DNA of 64,000 nucleotides from the human T2T-CHM13v2.0 reference genome, Homo sapiens: NCBI RefSeq assembly GCF_009914755.1, contig NC_060929.1. One strand, written 5' to 3'. The notes beneath the pieces are model-generated. The model saw only the letters and a list, made by a program, of their open reading frames with translations. It had not been told where the DNA came from and made no database searches. This document shows, in pieces, positions 43,960 through 56,900 of this stretch (positions are counted from its first letter, which is position 1; each line of letters starts with the position of its first letter). The position numbers were made by a program, and so were the translations under genes.

Positions 43960-45470
43960 AAGTTAAACTACACCAGGAAGAAAAAATTCAGCCAAATCCA
44001 GGACATGGAACATTTCTTATTTCTCCTGACTTAGTTTCTTTTCTTTAAAACAAAACAACAACAAATAAAACCTCTGTATACTTACTAGAATAGGTAAAAT
44101 AAATAAAAACATTAAAAATGCTGCATTTTGACAGGATATGACTCAACCAAAACTCTCATACATTTCTGGTGAATGTGTAAAGTGATAAAAACACTTCCAA
44201 AAATTTTTTAATAATTTCATATAATGTATGTTATATTTACATACATTTTTACCGTATGAACCACTAAGTTCAATCCCGGATATTTACCCCAGAAAAACAA
44301 AAGCTTACATCCACAAAAAGACTTAAAAGAGAATGTTTATAGCTTTACAGTGCCTATCTTCATAATAGCCTCAAACAAGAAACAATCTACAGTAAATAAC
44401 TCAACAAATCATAATATATCCATAAAATAATATTTAGCATTAAAAAGGAATGAATTACTAGTGCAACCAAAATATGGCTAAATCCCAAAGACTTTACGCC
44501 AAGTCAAAAAGACAGACACAAAAAAGATTTGTACTTTATAGTATTTATATAAAGTTCTAGAGCAAGTTCAAAGCCAATCTATGAAAAGTGATTGCCTCCG
44601 AGGTGGGGAACTGACCAGATAGGGACGTGAGAAAACTGTCTTCAGCGATGGAAATGTTCTCCATCATGATAACGGTGTGGGTCACACAAGTGTATCCACT
44701 TTTCAAAAATTAACTAAGTGATATACTTAGATTCATGCTTTTCATGGTATATAAATTATACTACAATTTTAAAAGGGGGGATGGAGAGAAAAAGGCATTA
44801 TCATCAAATGTGTAGACACTGTATAGATCCCAATACAAAATAACAAAACAATAACAACAACAAAACTTGACTGTAAAACAACATATTTGAGACAAAGAAA
44901 TGTGAAAATGAACAGACTGTTAGATGATATCAAAGAATTATTGTTAATTTTGTTCTAGATGACAAAGCTGTGTAAGAAAATAATCTTTATTTTTATTTTT
45001 ATATGAAAAAAATTTAGGTAAGATAGCATGATTTTAGGAATTTGCTTTTAAATGCAATTTAAGAAGAAATTTAAAAACGAGGGCTAGTTGGAGCAAGTGT
45101 AGCAAAATGGTGATATTTGTTAAATCTGAGTAATGGTTAAATAGAGATTCACTAAATTCTCTACTATAAGATATATGTGTGTGTGTCTGTGTGTGTGTGT
45201 GTGTGTATATATATATAGAAAGAGAGGAGAGAGAGAGTAGAGATAATTACAGCAAATTCTCTGCTATGAGGAATATATTATAGATTGATAATTATGTCAA
45301 TTATCAATCTATGATATATATATACAGTAGATAAATACATAGGTGAAAATTTTATAATAAAAAATATAAAATGTTCCAGGAAAACTTCATGATAAAAATG
45401 AAAAAGATGTTTTTAAAAATGAGCTGTACTGATCTCCATGATTTGAAACTGAGTCCTAGGCTGGTATCTT
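43960..45470 (+). mobile_element. L1MC/L1ME-type 3' fragments (probably one nested in another)
   Basis: TATTTACCCCAGAAAAACAAAAGCTTACATCCACAAAAAGACTT; TTAGATGATATCAAAGAATTATTGTTAATTTT. Confidence 0.65.
45170..45237. repeat. Compound (TG)n(TA)n(GA)n microsatellite
   Basis: Direct observation. Confidence 0.9.
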
Positions 45471-45641
45471 TATGATCAAAGATGACCCTATATTTTCTTT
45501 GCCCGTGGTATTGCTGGTAGTGAGGGCTCCATTTGGCCTGGAGGCTACTTATCAAGCCCATGTCTAGACCTCTGTAGAGGAATTCCTCCTGGCTCTGTTC
45601 TTTCTAGTGACACGAGTCACATTACCATATTCTGTATATTT

Positions 45642-45841
45642 TACTTTCTTTTATTTTATGTTTTTGTTTTGTTGTTTTGTTTTCAGAGATAGGGTCTAGC
45701 TATGTTGCCTAGGCCGGAGCACAGTGGCTATGAGCAAGTGCAATGACAGCACACTGCTGCCTCAAACTCCTGGCCTAAAGCAATCCTCCTGCTTAGTTTT
45801 CCAAGTAGCTGAGACTACAGGCACATACCACCATGCCTGGC
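45642..45841 (-). mobile_element. FAM (fossil Alu monomer)
   Basis: Single monomer retaining the ATAGCCACTG segment typical of FAM/7SL; TSD ATATTCTGT(A/G)TATTTT at 45626 and 45843. Confidence 0.8.
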
Positions 45842-46279
45842 AATATTCTGTGTATTTTAGATAGTGCTTACGACTCGGGCTGATGGGAACCTGGACTCAA
45901 GGGTTATTTCACATTCCTTATCTTGAAACTTTTTGATCACATACCCTTATCAGTTAAAAAAATATGAGCAAACACTTCCAATACATTTATACTTATTTAT
46001 TTATAAATTTTACACAAACACCAATGTCCTAATATATTTTGTAGTTAAACATTACAAAATTTATGTTAAAATATGGGATAAAGGTAAAATAAATACTATA
46101 TTTCTAATCTTGTAGCTTTATAATATCATTGGTCAATATCTCAAAACACAATATACATGTACACACTATGATATACAGAGGCTGCCCACTGACACTAAGC
46201 ATGATCTAAGTCTTTTGTCTCTAAGAGTCTGCAGAGAAGCCATCACCCCATAAGGCAGGGCCTGGTCCTCCCCTTTTAT

Positions 46280-46920
46280 CACACCTGCTTCAGGCCATCC
46301 ATTTAGACATTGATTTCTTTACCTAAAAATGTTTCGCTAGAGAATGGTTGTTCTTGTTCTCCCAAGCCTCCCCTGCCTTCCTCTGCATCCTCACTTAGCC
46401 ATTTTCCTCTGGACCTTGGATACTATCCTTGCTGGACTCTCTGCCTCCCGTCTTTAACCTCACTGCACTGTACCATTAGATCAAACCTTCCATGATCCCA
46501 TATTACCTACAGAAAAAAAGTCCCCGGCACCTCTACCTGACAGACCATCCTAAAACCTTGCTTCTTTCCTGCTGCTTCCTTCTACAATCATTAATTTCCG
46601 TGGTTTCTTTACTGTACTCAAACATTCTGGGCACATCCCTGTATCCTAGATTTTTAAAGTGCTTTTCTCTTTATCTGCAATGCTCTCCTCCCTTCCTTCC
46701 TTAATGATCCTTAGATTTAAGTTCCAGTTTGGATACCCCTCTCTACAAGGCATTTTTAGACCATCCTGACTGGTGAGAATTTCTTCTTCTCCTAAATGCC
46801 TACAGTGGTTATTGATGTTTTCTCTCATTTGGTTTTTATAGACCACAATTTATGCCTCTTTTATATTCTTTCTCTAATCTAGGTACAATATAGATGCTAA
46901 ATAAATGAATAAGTGAATGA
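46280..46920 (+). mobile_element. Decayed L2 3' region
   Basis: Pyrimidine-rich body ending AAATAAATGAATAAGTGAATGA. Confidence 0.55.
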
Positions 46921-48314
46921 AAAAAGTAACTTATCTACACTTGTCTCTGGAGGTGATATCTTATCCTGGGACTTTATTTTTTCTCTAAAAGGACACAGAG
47001 CAGTGAAACTGTAGGGATTAGAAAAATCAGCAAAGGGTCATCAGATTGCCCTAAATATGAATGGCACAGTCTTGGTCTCCATGAGACGAAATTCTAGCCT
47101 CTCCCTGACCTTATTCCTTCTCCCACGGTGTCTTGTACTGTGTCAGAAACCCTAGTAACACTGATGATTTTGTCTCTCCACTTGTCTCTCAGGTCTCCTT
47201 TCTGGCCTAGGGTGCAGGGTAAGCTGGAGTATATTGGAGGAAAAGCTTTCCTACCTCTTAGGGCAGGATCTACTACCTACGTCCTCTGAAGAAGGGTATA
47301 AGATTAGAGGAGATTGAAAAACTGAAACTGACCCTAGTGGAGCCAGGATCAGCTCACTGAGGTTAGGGCAAGAATTAAATAAAAGCTCAGATACTGATGT
47401 GAGAGGAGTAATGCTAGGGAAGGTGTGCTTTGGACATTACTTGAAGGGGAAATCATGAGACCTAGAGGTTACTTGCTGTTTCTTCATTTCCTTTTAGCAC
47501 TGAGAGACGGATGATTCCCTTGTAGATATTTTGCCTACCAAGTGAATAGCGGTCAGTATGGGTGTGGTGGGGCAGAGTAAATAACCAGGATTTTTTTCTA
47601 GGTAGAGGAGGAGTAACAAAGAGAATAGAACATGTAGCTAATAACTGAAGCATTTCTGTTTAAAAATGAACTCTATTTAAAATAAGAGCATGCATACACA
47701 ACACTAATTACCCGTGAGTGTATTAGGAAGATCCAATTTAGTGCTTATAGGCCCAAGTTTGTAATGTCTTTCTTTATTTGAACATTAATTTGCTTTAAAT
47801 GCTTAACCTAATGTGGAATTTCTTAATTTATTAAGTGTTTATTAAACATATACTTTGTGTTTAACATTGATAGTACAAAGAACTATTCTTTTATTAATAT
47901 TTCTGTAAATTCTATTTTAATCTTTCTTAACGTAGACTCAAAAGGTAATTGGGTAAATATGGATTTTAGATCTGCTGCTTTAAAATTGATAGGCATATGA
48001 GGATAAGGTAAGTCCACTAAATGAGAATGCAGTCTCTAGGTCAATATTTTGGGCCTGAGGACCTGGAATAAGGGGCAAATTTGTAAAAAGAAAAGGAAGC
48101 ATTTTGAGAGACTGTATCAGAAAGCGAGGAATGGGTAGGAATGTATCCACCAACCAGAAGATGCAACTTTCTGAGAAAGGGTCAAAAAGCAGGAGAGAAT
48201 TAGTGGATTTTCAGGAAATGGTCAGTGCAAACAGGAAAGGCCTGGGGTCTGCAGCTTGACAGATGAGCTGGGCAGAATGTGAGCACAAGTAGCAGATGAA
48301 ATTTTAAAGAGAAT

Positions 48315-48354
48315 GAGAGAGAGAGAGTGAGAGAGACAGAGAGAGAGAGAGAGA
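48315..48354. repeat. (GA)n microsatellite
   Basis: Direct observation. Confidence 0.9.
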
Positions 48355-48774
48355 AGTAGCATTTGGTTTGTGCCTGACTAAAGCCAAAAGGAGGACTATG
48401 TCAAACGGTGTCACTATGTATTTATAACTAGCCCACCTATGCTCTCACATAAACAACATATTTGTATTTATTTAAATATTTATTATATTTTATTTCTTTT
48501 TTCCATTAAAAATAGGATTAGCCCTCTAAATGGCCTGATCATGGATGTGCTGCAAAGGCACTCGGAGGGATGGAGATCACAGAGGACATGAAGGGAAAGA
48601 GAGACCATACATACAGAGGACTGTAAAAAGCACATGAGCAGCTTAAAGGATAATATAAAATGTATACCCATACAGCTATCTCCTGGGCCAAGAAATCAAA
48701 TCCAGCCAGCACCCAGAAGTTCCCTCTATGCCCTCTTTAACTCTACCACTTTCCCTCAGGAAGATATCTTAGAT

Positions 48775-49114
48775 CAGGGTTCCCCAACCCTCAGGCTGTG
48801 GATGGGTACCTGTCCATGGCATGTTAGGAACTGGGCTGCACAGCAGGAGGTGAGTGGTGGGCAAGTGAGCATTACAGCCTGAGCTCTGCTTCCTGTCAGA
48901 TCAGCAGCAGCATTAGATGCTCATAGGAGTGCAAACCCTATTGTGAACTGCGCATGTGAGCAATCTAGGTTGAGTGCTACTTATAAAAACCTAATGCCTG
49001 ATGATCTGAGGTGGAACAGTTTCATCCTGAAACCATCGGCCCACCCCCACAGTCCGTGGAAACATTGTCTTCCGTGAAACCAGTTCCTGGTGCCAAAAAG
49101 GTTAGGGACTGCTG
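48775..49114. mobile_element. MER1B hAT-Charlie non-autonomous element
   Basis: CAGGGTTCCCCAACC...GGTTAGGGACTGCTG TIRs; 8-bp TSD TCTTAG(A/G)T at 48767 and 49115. Confidence 0.92.
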
Positions 49115-49459
49115 TCTTAGGTTATTGTAAAAACGTTATAATTTTGCATTTTACACTTAAGCTTTTAATTAATCCTGAACAAAATTTATTTTTTGTTCAC
49201 TCTTTCATTTAGCATCTATATTGTGCCTAGATTTGTGGTACAACCCATTAAAAAAAGATTGAATTCTTTTTTCTTATTTGCACACTCAGTTGTGTTAGTA
49301 CCATTTATTCATTTATTAAAATGTCTATCCCACTGCTCTGCATAAATCAAATATTCATTTGTATATATATATCTGTCTCTAGGCTCTGAATTTATTTAAC
49401 CTGGTTTAAAGAAACACTTCAAAAGTTGTGAATTTAAGCCTCTAATTATTTTAGCTTTC

Positions 49460-49650
49460 CTTTATTGAGCATTTACTCTGAGGCCATTCCTATGTTTAAC
49501 AATCACAGGTGAACAATCTTCATTTAGTCCTCACAAGAACCCTGCATGGGTGTTCCTATTATTTTCCCCATCTCACAGGTGGTTCAGAGATTAAATAACT
49601 TGCCCATGGTTACCTAACTTGTTAGTGATAGTCAGGATTCCAAAGTCTGT
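49460..49650 (-). mobile_element. MIR
   Basis: TTTATTGAGCATTTACT...AGAGATTAAATAACTTGCCCATGGT. Confidence 0.75.
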
Positions 49651-52600
49651 CCTCCTGTGCTCTGCCTGAAACCCAGACACTAATGGCTAGCAATTCTGTC
49701 TCTGACCATTTTGGTTACAAGCTTTTAGGCAAATCATCCTGGACCATTCTGCCGTTCTAAATATGTGACTTGCTCGCTGTGTCTATATATGTCTATGAAG
49801 ACGTGTCTGCTGATTGGATTTTAATTCTTTGTCTCTTTAAAGAATCAAATATCAGTCAGCTGCCAAGCAGCCAAGTCCCAGGCTCTCAGCCATGTGCTCT
49901 TGCCAACGGTTCTTGGCTGGGTCTGGGGTTTTCCCAAAAGAGTTCGAAACTTGATACTTATTCTTCAGCCTAATTTCCAACCTGTGATGCCTTCCTGAGC
50001 CCACACAGGTAGTTGATTGTGCAGCTTTTTCTTTGTGTGCAAAGAATGTTCCGTCACCAGCTCAGATTTACTCTTCTCAAGGGTGCCAGTGAGAGACAGC
50101 AGCCTGTCGAAATGGGAGGGTTGACTGGAGGATTAGAAATGGATCCTTGGACTGACATGCACTGCTTGGATTGCCAAGCAAGGCTGCATTTTCAAATGGC
50201 ATAATTATGTAAGGTCTGTTTCAGTGCTAAAATCTGGTTTATAAAAAAAGGATAGGTTAGGGGCAATGCGATTCACACTGAATTCACCAAATCCTTGATT
50301 ATGAAACATTTTCAGAATGTTGGAAATCATTTCTGGGTAACCCCACTTACACAATAGTTCCCAAAGCTGCCAGACACACTGGTATGAAATGCTTAAGTAA
50401 GGTCAATAAACAACGTGCAAGTTCATTGCCTTTCTCTGAAATATCTTACTGATTCTGGATATGAAGAATCTGGATAATCTTTCCTGCTGAATAAACACAT
50501 TGCAGCGTGGATATTACTACCTTGACCCATCTACATGGCATAGCATGAATTGACCTAGCCCTCATGAGGTTGCAGGAGGGAATGCTGCAATATGTGACTT
50601 TGTTGTTTAAATATTTTATACTTCTCTGTTCCAGAGCTCATAACTTGAGATATGATGGCTAAGGGCCAGCAGCATTTTAGAAAGATTAGTTCAGGTTTTA
50701 TCTCCAAGTCTGTGCCATGCTCAGTGGTACCCAACCACACATCCTTAGGTTTGTTGACAATCTGTCAGCAGCAGGATGACTTTAGTTCTTAACACAGGTG
50801 GTGTATTCTGCTGGAAAATGTGGTAGACACTGTGAGGCCACTGCTTGGGTGTGTAGTGATTATTTTCTGTTTTATCGGACTCAGGTCCTAGTTTTCTTGA
50901 GGAGTAGATAGAATATGCCCGTATTTATTGACCACTTATGCCACCAGATTCCAGATTCCTCACTACCAGTCTATGATGTGAAGATGCTTTTGATATACCT
51001 CATACCTTTTCACCTTTTAAAAAAAAAATTGTCATCAGCAGTTGTCACTACTCTCAGCATGGGTTCCAAGAATGACCTCGAATGATTATGTAAGTATTGG
51101 ATTTATTTATGAAAAGGAAAGACATAGATTCCCTCATGGCAAAATCCTGAATTGCACTGACACCTCCTCTTCAAAATCAGCTGCAAGCTAAGTGTTTATT
51201 TCAGAATGTCCTGGCACTGGAGAAAGCTGAGAGAATGAGGAAAGAATATTCTGTCAATTTAACATGTTCTGGACTTACATATAGCTAGTTCCATGAAAAG
51301 ACGTTTCTCAAAGACTGAATTTTTGCTGTTAGTCCCAAAAAGTTCTGGCACAGATTGGTTCACTGTAAATGGGGCTCAGGAAAATCAGTGAAAACCTGTA
51401 ACATTATATTTTTGAAGTGATCTTTAACAGATAGTGTCTAAATTTATAGAGAATGTGTTGACAGCAAGAAAATTGGCATTGATTAAAAACTTGCGAGAAT
51501 GCAAGTTATAGATAGACAGCTGCTGGGATGTTTCTCTCTCTTGTTTGCTGATTTGGGATGTGGTAGATGAAAGTCCTGCTCTTCCACTTGCACTGCTAAA
51601 TAATCTTTCTGAGAGCATTGGAAATTGGGAGAGAAAGGCTTTCTGATGTATTAGAAGATAAACCAATAAAAGCAAAAGACCATGTCTGAGGTGGTTATGA
51701 TGGCTGGTGGTGCCTCTCCCCATCCCTGAATCTGTGTTAGCTGAAACACGAAGCAAGGTGGAATCCAGAGACTAGTGTATGAAGCCAAGACTAGGCTGGG
51801 TGAGCATAAAGCCAGATGGCAGCTTCTGACTTCATGGCAGCCCACCCCACCCTATTATCATTCTCAAGGACTTTTGAGAAGTTTTCCTCTAGCTTCTCAG
51901 AATAGATGTGGGGTTAGTAACCTCTGTGTGAGTTCTCATCTCCAGAATGCCTGCAACTTTATTCATCTAGTCAAAGGTATTCCTGGGCTCTGAGGTGTGC
52001 AGTGAGTGCTTCAGTCAAGCTTGCCTTGGAACTTGGAGTTTTAATTAACAAGATTAAAGGGACAGGGAAACTCCAGGAGGTAGAATTTGTATAGAATAAT
52101 GGCATAATGCTTTACAGCTTACAAACTATTTTCATATCTAAGATGGGAGAGACTATCTGGTCATTATTGATTATACCCAACCACAGCCACAGCCTGATGG
52201 TGAATAAGTGCCAGTATTTGTTGAATTTATGATTAACAAAAAGAACTATCATTTTCACTTGGTAGCCATAATCTAACCAATGATGTAGGCAGAGCTGTTG
52301 TCATACATCCTGATTTTGCAAATAAGGAAATGAAGTCTCTGAATACATTTTAGGGGTAAATGCATTTTCCCTAGAACTCAGGCTGCTAGATTACTGCATT
52401 GGAACCATAATTGAGTTATTTTTATTCCAAACCCAGTGTTCTTCCTACCATACCAAAGAAAGAAAAATAGAGGAGAAGGAAACTAAAGTTATTTGTGCCA
52501 TACTTTAAGGGAAATTGATGAATTTCTAATTTTCTGTAAGTTTTTACAGAGATCAGTTGGAGGATGTTAGGGGCTACAGGTAGAGAAACTTCTTAGGGCA

Positions 52601-53149
52601 TGGTCAAAGAGCTAGCTATTGGTTTGGAAGGTAAGATGTTAATCTTACCTTCTGCTGTGAAAATTCAATGCAGAATCTGGGATGAGAGGACTCACAAGGC
52701 AAGGGATGGAGGTGGGCCCCAGGGGTTAAAATATGCAAGGGTAAGAAGTAGGACAGACAAAGACTTGGGGGAATTCTAAGGGTCAGAAGCTAGAGTGCTT
52801 TAAAAAGAACCAGAGTTGAGCTAGAATTAATGCTGCTACAAAAAGGTAAGATAATTGAGACTTGTAGAGAAAAGACAACATATTTTATGACTGTGTCTCT
52901 ATAGTGAAGCCATGATGCACAGTAACATGCTGTGTATTTCTCCCAGTGCTCCTCACTCACCCTGCCTCCTGGGGATTCTAGAAAACGTACAAGTTTAGAA
53001 CCTACAGCAGCTCCTGGGAGAATGATAGTAAATGCCTGTCTTAACTCCTAAAAGTTGAACATGAGATCCTGAGCCATATAACATGATAAGTTCTTATCCT
53101 TCATCTCTTGCACATTTTAAAAGAGGCCTTCTCTGTGTCCCTCACTCAA

Positions 53150-55433
53150 TGATATGGTTTGGCTGTGTCCCAACCCAAATCTGTTCTTGAATTGTAGTTT
53201 CCCATAATCTCCACATGCCATGGGAGGGACCCAGTGGGAGGTAATTGAATCATCAGGGCAGTCCCCCATGCAGTTCTCTTGATAGTGAGTTAGGTTTCAT
53301 GAGATCTGATAGTTTTATAAGGGGTTTTTCTCACTTTACTCGGCACTTCTCCTTCCTGCCACCATGTGAAGAAGGAGGTGTTTGCTTCCCCTTCTGCCAT
53401 GATGGTAAGTTTCCTGAGGCCTCCCTAGCCATGCAGAACTGTGAGTCAATTAAACCTCTTTCCCTTCTAAATTACCCAGTCTCAGATATGTCCCTATAGC
53501 AGCATGTGTATGAAATAATACAGTAAATTCATACCACAGTGAGTGGGGTGCTGCTAAAAAGATACCTGAAAATTTGGAAGCAACTTTGGAACTGAGTGTC
53601 AGGTAGAGGTTGGAACAGCTTGGAGGGCTCATAAAAAGACAGGAAGATGTGGGAAAAGTTTAGAACTTCCTAGAGACTTGTTGAATGGCTTTGACCCAAA
53701 TGCTGATAGTGATATGGACAATAAAGTCCAGGCTGAGGTGGACTCAGATGGAGATGAGGAACTTCTTGGGAACTGGCGTAAAGGTTACTCTTGCTATGCA
53801 AAGAGACTGGCAGTATTTTGCCCCTGCTTTAGAGATCTGTGGAACTTTTGAACTCAAAAGAGATGATTTAGGGTATCTGGCAGGAGAAATTTCTAAGCAC
53901 CAAAGCATTCAGGGGGAAGCAGAGCATAAAAGTTTGGAAAAATTACAGCCTGATGATGCAATAGAAAAGAAAAAACCATTTTCTGGGGAGAATTCAAGCC
54001 GGCTGCAGAAATTTGCATAAGTAACTAGGAATCTAATGTTAATCACCAAGACAATGGGGATAATGTCTCCAAGGTATGTCAGAGACCTTCACGGTGGACC
54101 CCCATCACAGGATCACAGGCCTAGGAGGAAAAAATGGTTTCCTGGGCCAAGTCCAGGGCCCCCCTTCTCTGTGCAGCCTCAGAACATGGTGCCCTGTGTC
54201 CCAGCCACTTCAGCTCCAGCCATGGGTAAAAGGGGCAAAGGTAGAGCCTGGGCCATGGCTTCAAGGGTGCAAGCCCCAAACCTTGGCAGCTTCCACGTGG
54301 TGTTGAGCCTGTGGGTACACAGAAGTCAAGAATTCTGGTTTGGGAACCTCTGCCTAGATTTCAGAGGATGTGTGGAAATGCCTGGATATCCAGGCAGAAG
54401 GTTGCTGCAGGGGTGGAGCCCTTATGGAGAACCTCTCTGCTAGGGTAGTGTGGAAGGGAAATGTGGAGTCAGAGCTCTCACACAGAGTCCCCACTGGGCT
54501 ACTGCCTAGTGGAGCAGTGAGAAAAGGGCCACCGTCCTCTAGACCCCAGAATGGTAGATCCACTGACAGCTCACACCATGCTCCTGGAAAAGCCACAGAC
54601 ACTCAACACTATCCTGTGAAAGCAGCCAGAAGGGCACTATATCCTGCAAAGCCACAGAGATGGAGCTTCCCAAGGCTGTAGGAGCCCACCTCTTGCATTA
54701 GTGTGACCTAGATGTGGGACATAAAGTCAAAGGAGATCATTTTGGAACTTTAGGGTTTAATGACTGCCCTATTGGATTTCAGACTTGCATGGGTACTGTA
54801 GCCCCTTTGTTTTGGCCAATTTCTCCCATTTGGAACGGGTGTATTTACCCAATGCCTATACCTCTATTGTATCTGGCAAGTAACTAACTTGCTTTTGATT
54901 TTATAGGCTCCTAGGCAGAAGGGACTTGCCTTGTCTCAGATGAAACTATGGACTTGAACTTTTGGGTTAATGCTGGAATTAGCAAAGATTTGGGGGGACT
55001 GTTAGAAAGGCATGATTGTGTTTTGAAAAGTGAGGACATGAGATTTGGGAGGGGTCGGGGGGACAGTAATATTTTTTGGCTGTGTCTCCACCCAAATATC
55101 ATCTTGAACTGTAGTTCCCATAATCCTCATGTGTTATGGGAGGGACTTGGTGGGAAGTAATTTAATCATGCAGGTGGTTCCCCATGCTGCTGTCATGATA
55201 GTGAGTTCCCATGAGATCTGATGGTTTTACAAGGGGCTTTTCCCCCTTGCTTGGCACTTCTCCTTCCTGCTCCATGTGAAGAAGGACATGCATGCTTCTC
55301 CTTCCACTATGATTGTTAAGTTTCCTGAGGCTTCCCTAGCCATGCAGAACTGTGAGCCAATTAAACCACTTTCCTTTATAAATTATCCAGTCGTGGGTAT
55401 GTCCTTATAGCAGCATGAGAACAAACTAATACA
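53150..55433 (+). mobile_element. Full-length THE1 (THE1D-like) MaLR: LTR 53150-53522, internal region, LTR 55067-55433
   Basis: Two LTRs with GGCACTTCTCCTTCCTGC..ATGTGAAGAAGG flanking THE1-int; TSD degenerate (CTCAA/CCCAC). Confidence 0.93.
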
Positions 55434-55454
55434 CCCACCCAGAGAGAAAATGTG

Positions 55455-55600
55455 TTGAAATGGCAAGATTACCAGAAGAAGGCTCTGGGACATAGGTCCA
55501 GTCCTGGCTTTGCCAAAACTTATATGACCTTAGACAAGTCACTCAGACTGCCTGGGCTTTACTATCCCCATTTGGAAATAAAAATATTAACATAGATTCT
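55455..55600 (+). mobile_element. MIR
   Basis: TGACCTTAGACAAGTCACTCA. Confidence 0.6.
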
Positions 55601-55616
55601 ATGTTATAGACAATCC

Positions 55617-55916
<300 letters not shown>

Positions 55917-56659
55917 CTAAGTCTAACAATCTATGAAGCAAAAGAGAGAATCAGATACAGCTTCTTCATAGATAGGTTCCCCGGAGGCTATGTTTAATGC
56001 ATGACTCTCAAGTCAGGCTGGTTCCCAGGTCCTGATTCATCAGGCTGGTGATTTATTAGGCTTAAATAACTACTATTCCCATATAAAAACAAACAAGCCT
56101 AATTTCGTTTATTTCTCCTACCTAAGAAAGAAGTCAAATGTTAATAATTTATAAAAATAGTGAAATAAGAAAGGACAAGGGATTGAAAAACCAGAGGCAA
56201 AGACTTTTTTTTGCTTTGAGAAAGATGACAGACCATTTCCTTGAGTTATTAGTGTACAGTGTCTAGGGAATGCATATAAAGAGCAGATGAATCCATTTGG
56301 CATGTCCACACAGCAATATTTGGAGAGGATGGGAGTATTTCCAGAGAATGATAAACACTAACATGCCTTCAAAAGCCTGAACTTGGGGTGGAGCAGAGAC
56401 TTAGAAAGATACTAGTCTGAGAATGACATAATTCTAAATGCATGACTCACATTTACTTTCACTAAGCAAAGTTTCTGGGTAGAATATATACCCAGGGATG
56501 TCGTTAGTATTCCTTGTAGAATCATTACCTGGGACAACAGTTAGTCAATTACTAATACTCCTGCAGATTGAAAAGAGATAGGCTCCAAGCAGGATGAGAT
56601 TGAGTTTTACTTGAATGTTTCCTAATTTGCTTTTCTTATTATATTTACTGTACTAGAGA

Positions 56660-56900
56660 AGCAGTGTGTGCAGTGGTTAGAAACTTGAAGACACTCTACC
56701 CATGGTGTATCATTTAGTAGCTGGGTGAGCTTGAGCAAATTATTTAATCTCTTGCTTCAGTTGGCATGTCTCTGAAACAGGATTATAACAGAATCTCAGA
56801 GTTGTTGTAAAGACTAAGTGAGCTAATACTCATATATAGCTTGGAAGAGTGCCTACTGAGTGCTGAGTAGCACTGTGTGTTACCTAGGGTAATTATTGCT
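56660..56900 (+). mobile_element. MIR
   Basis: TAGCTGGGTGAGCTTGAGCAAATTATTTAATCTC. Confidence 0.7.

Noticed and set aside
45920-46110. Possible hAT-type DNA transposon fragment
   Set aside because: Resemblance too weak to name a family or set boundaries
51805-51825. CTCF-like motif GCCAGATGGCAGC (also CCACCAGTGG near 60432)
   Set aside because: Only partial matches to the core motif; expected by chance in 64 kb
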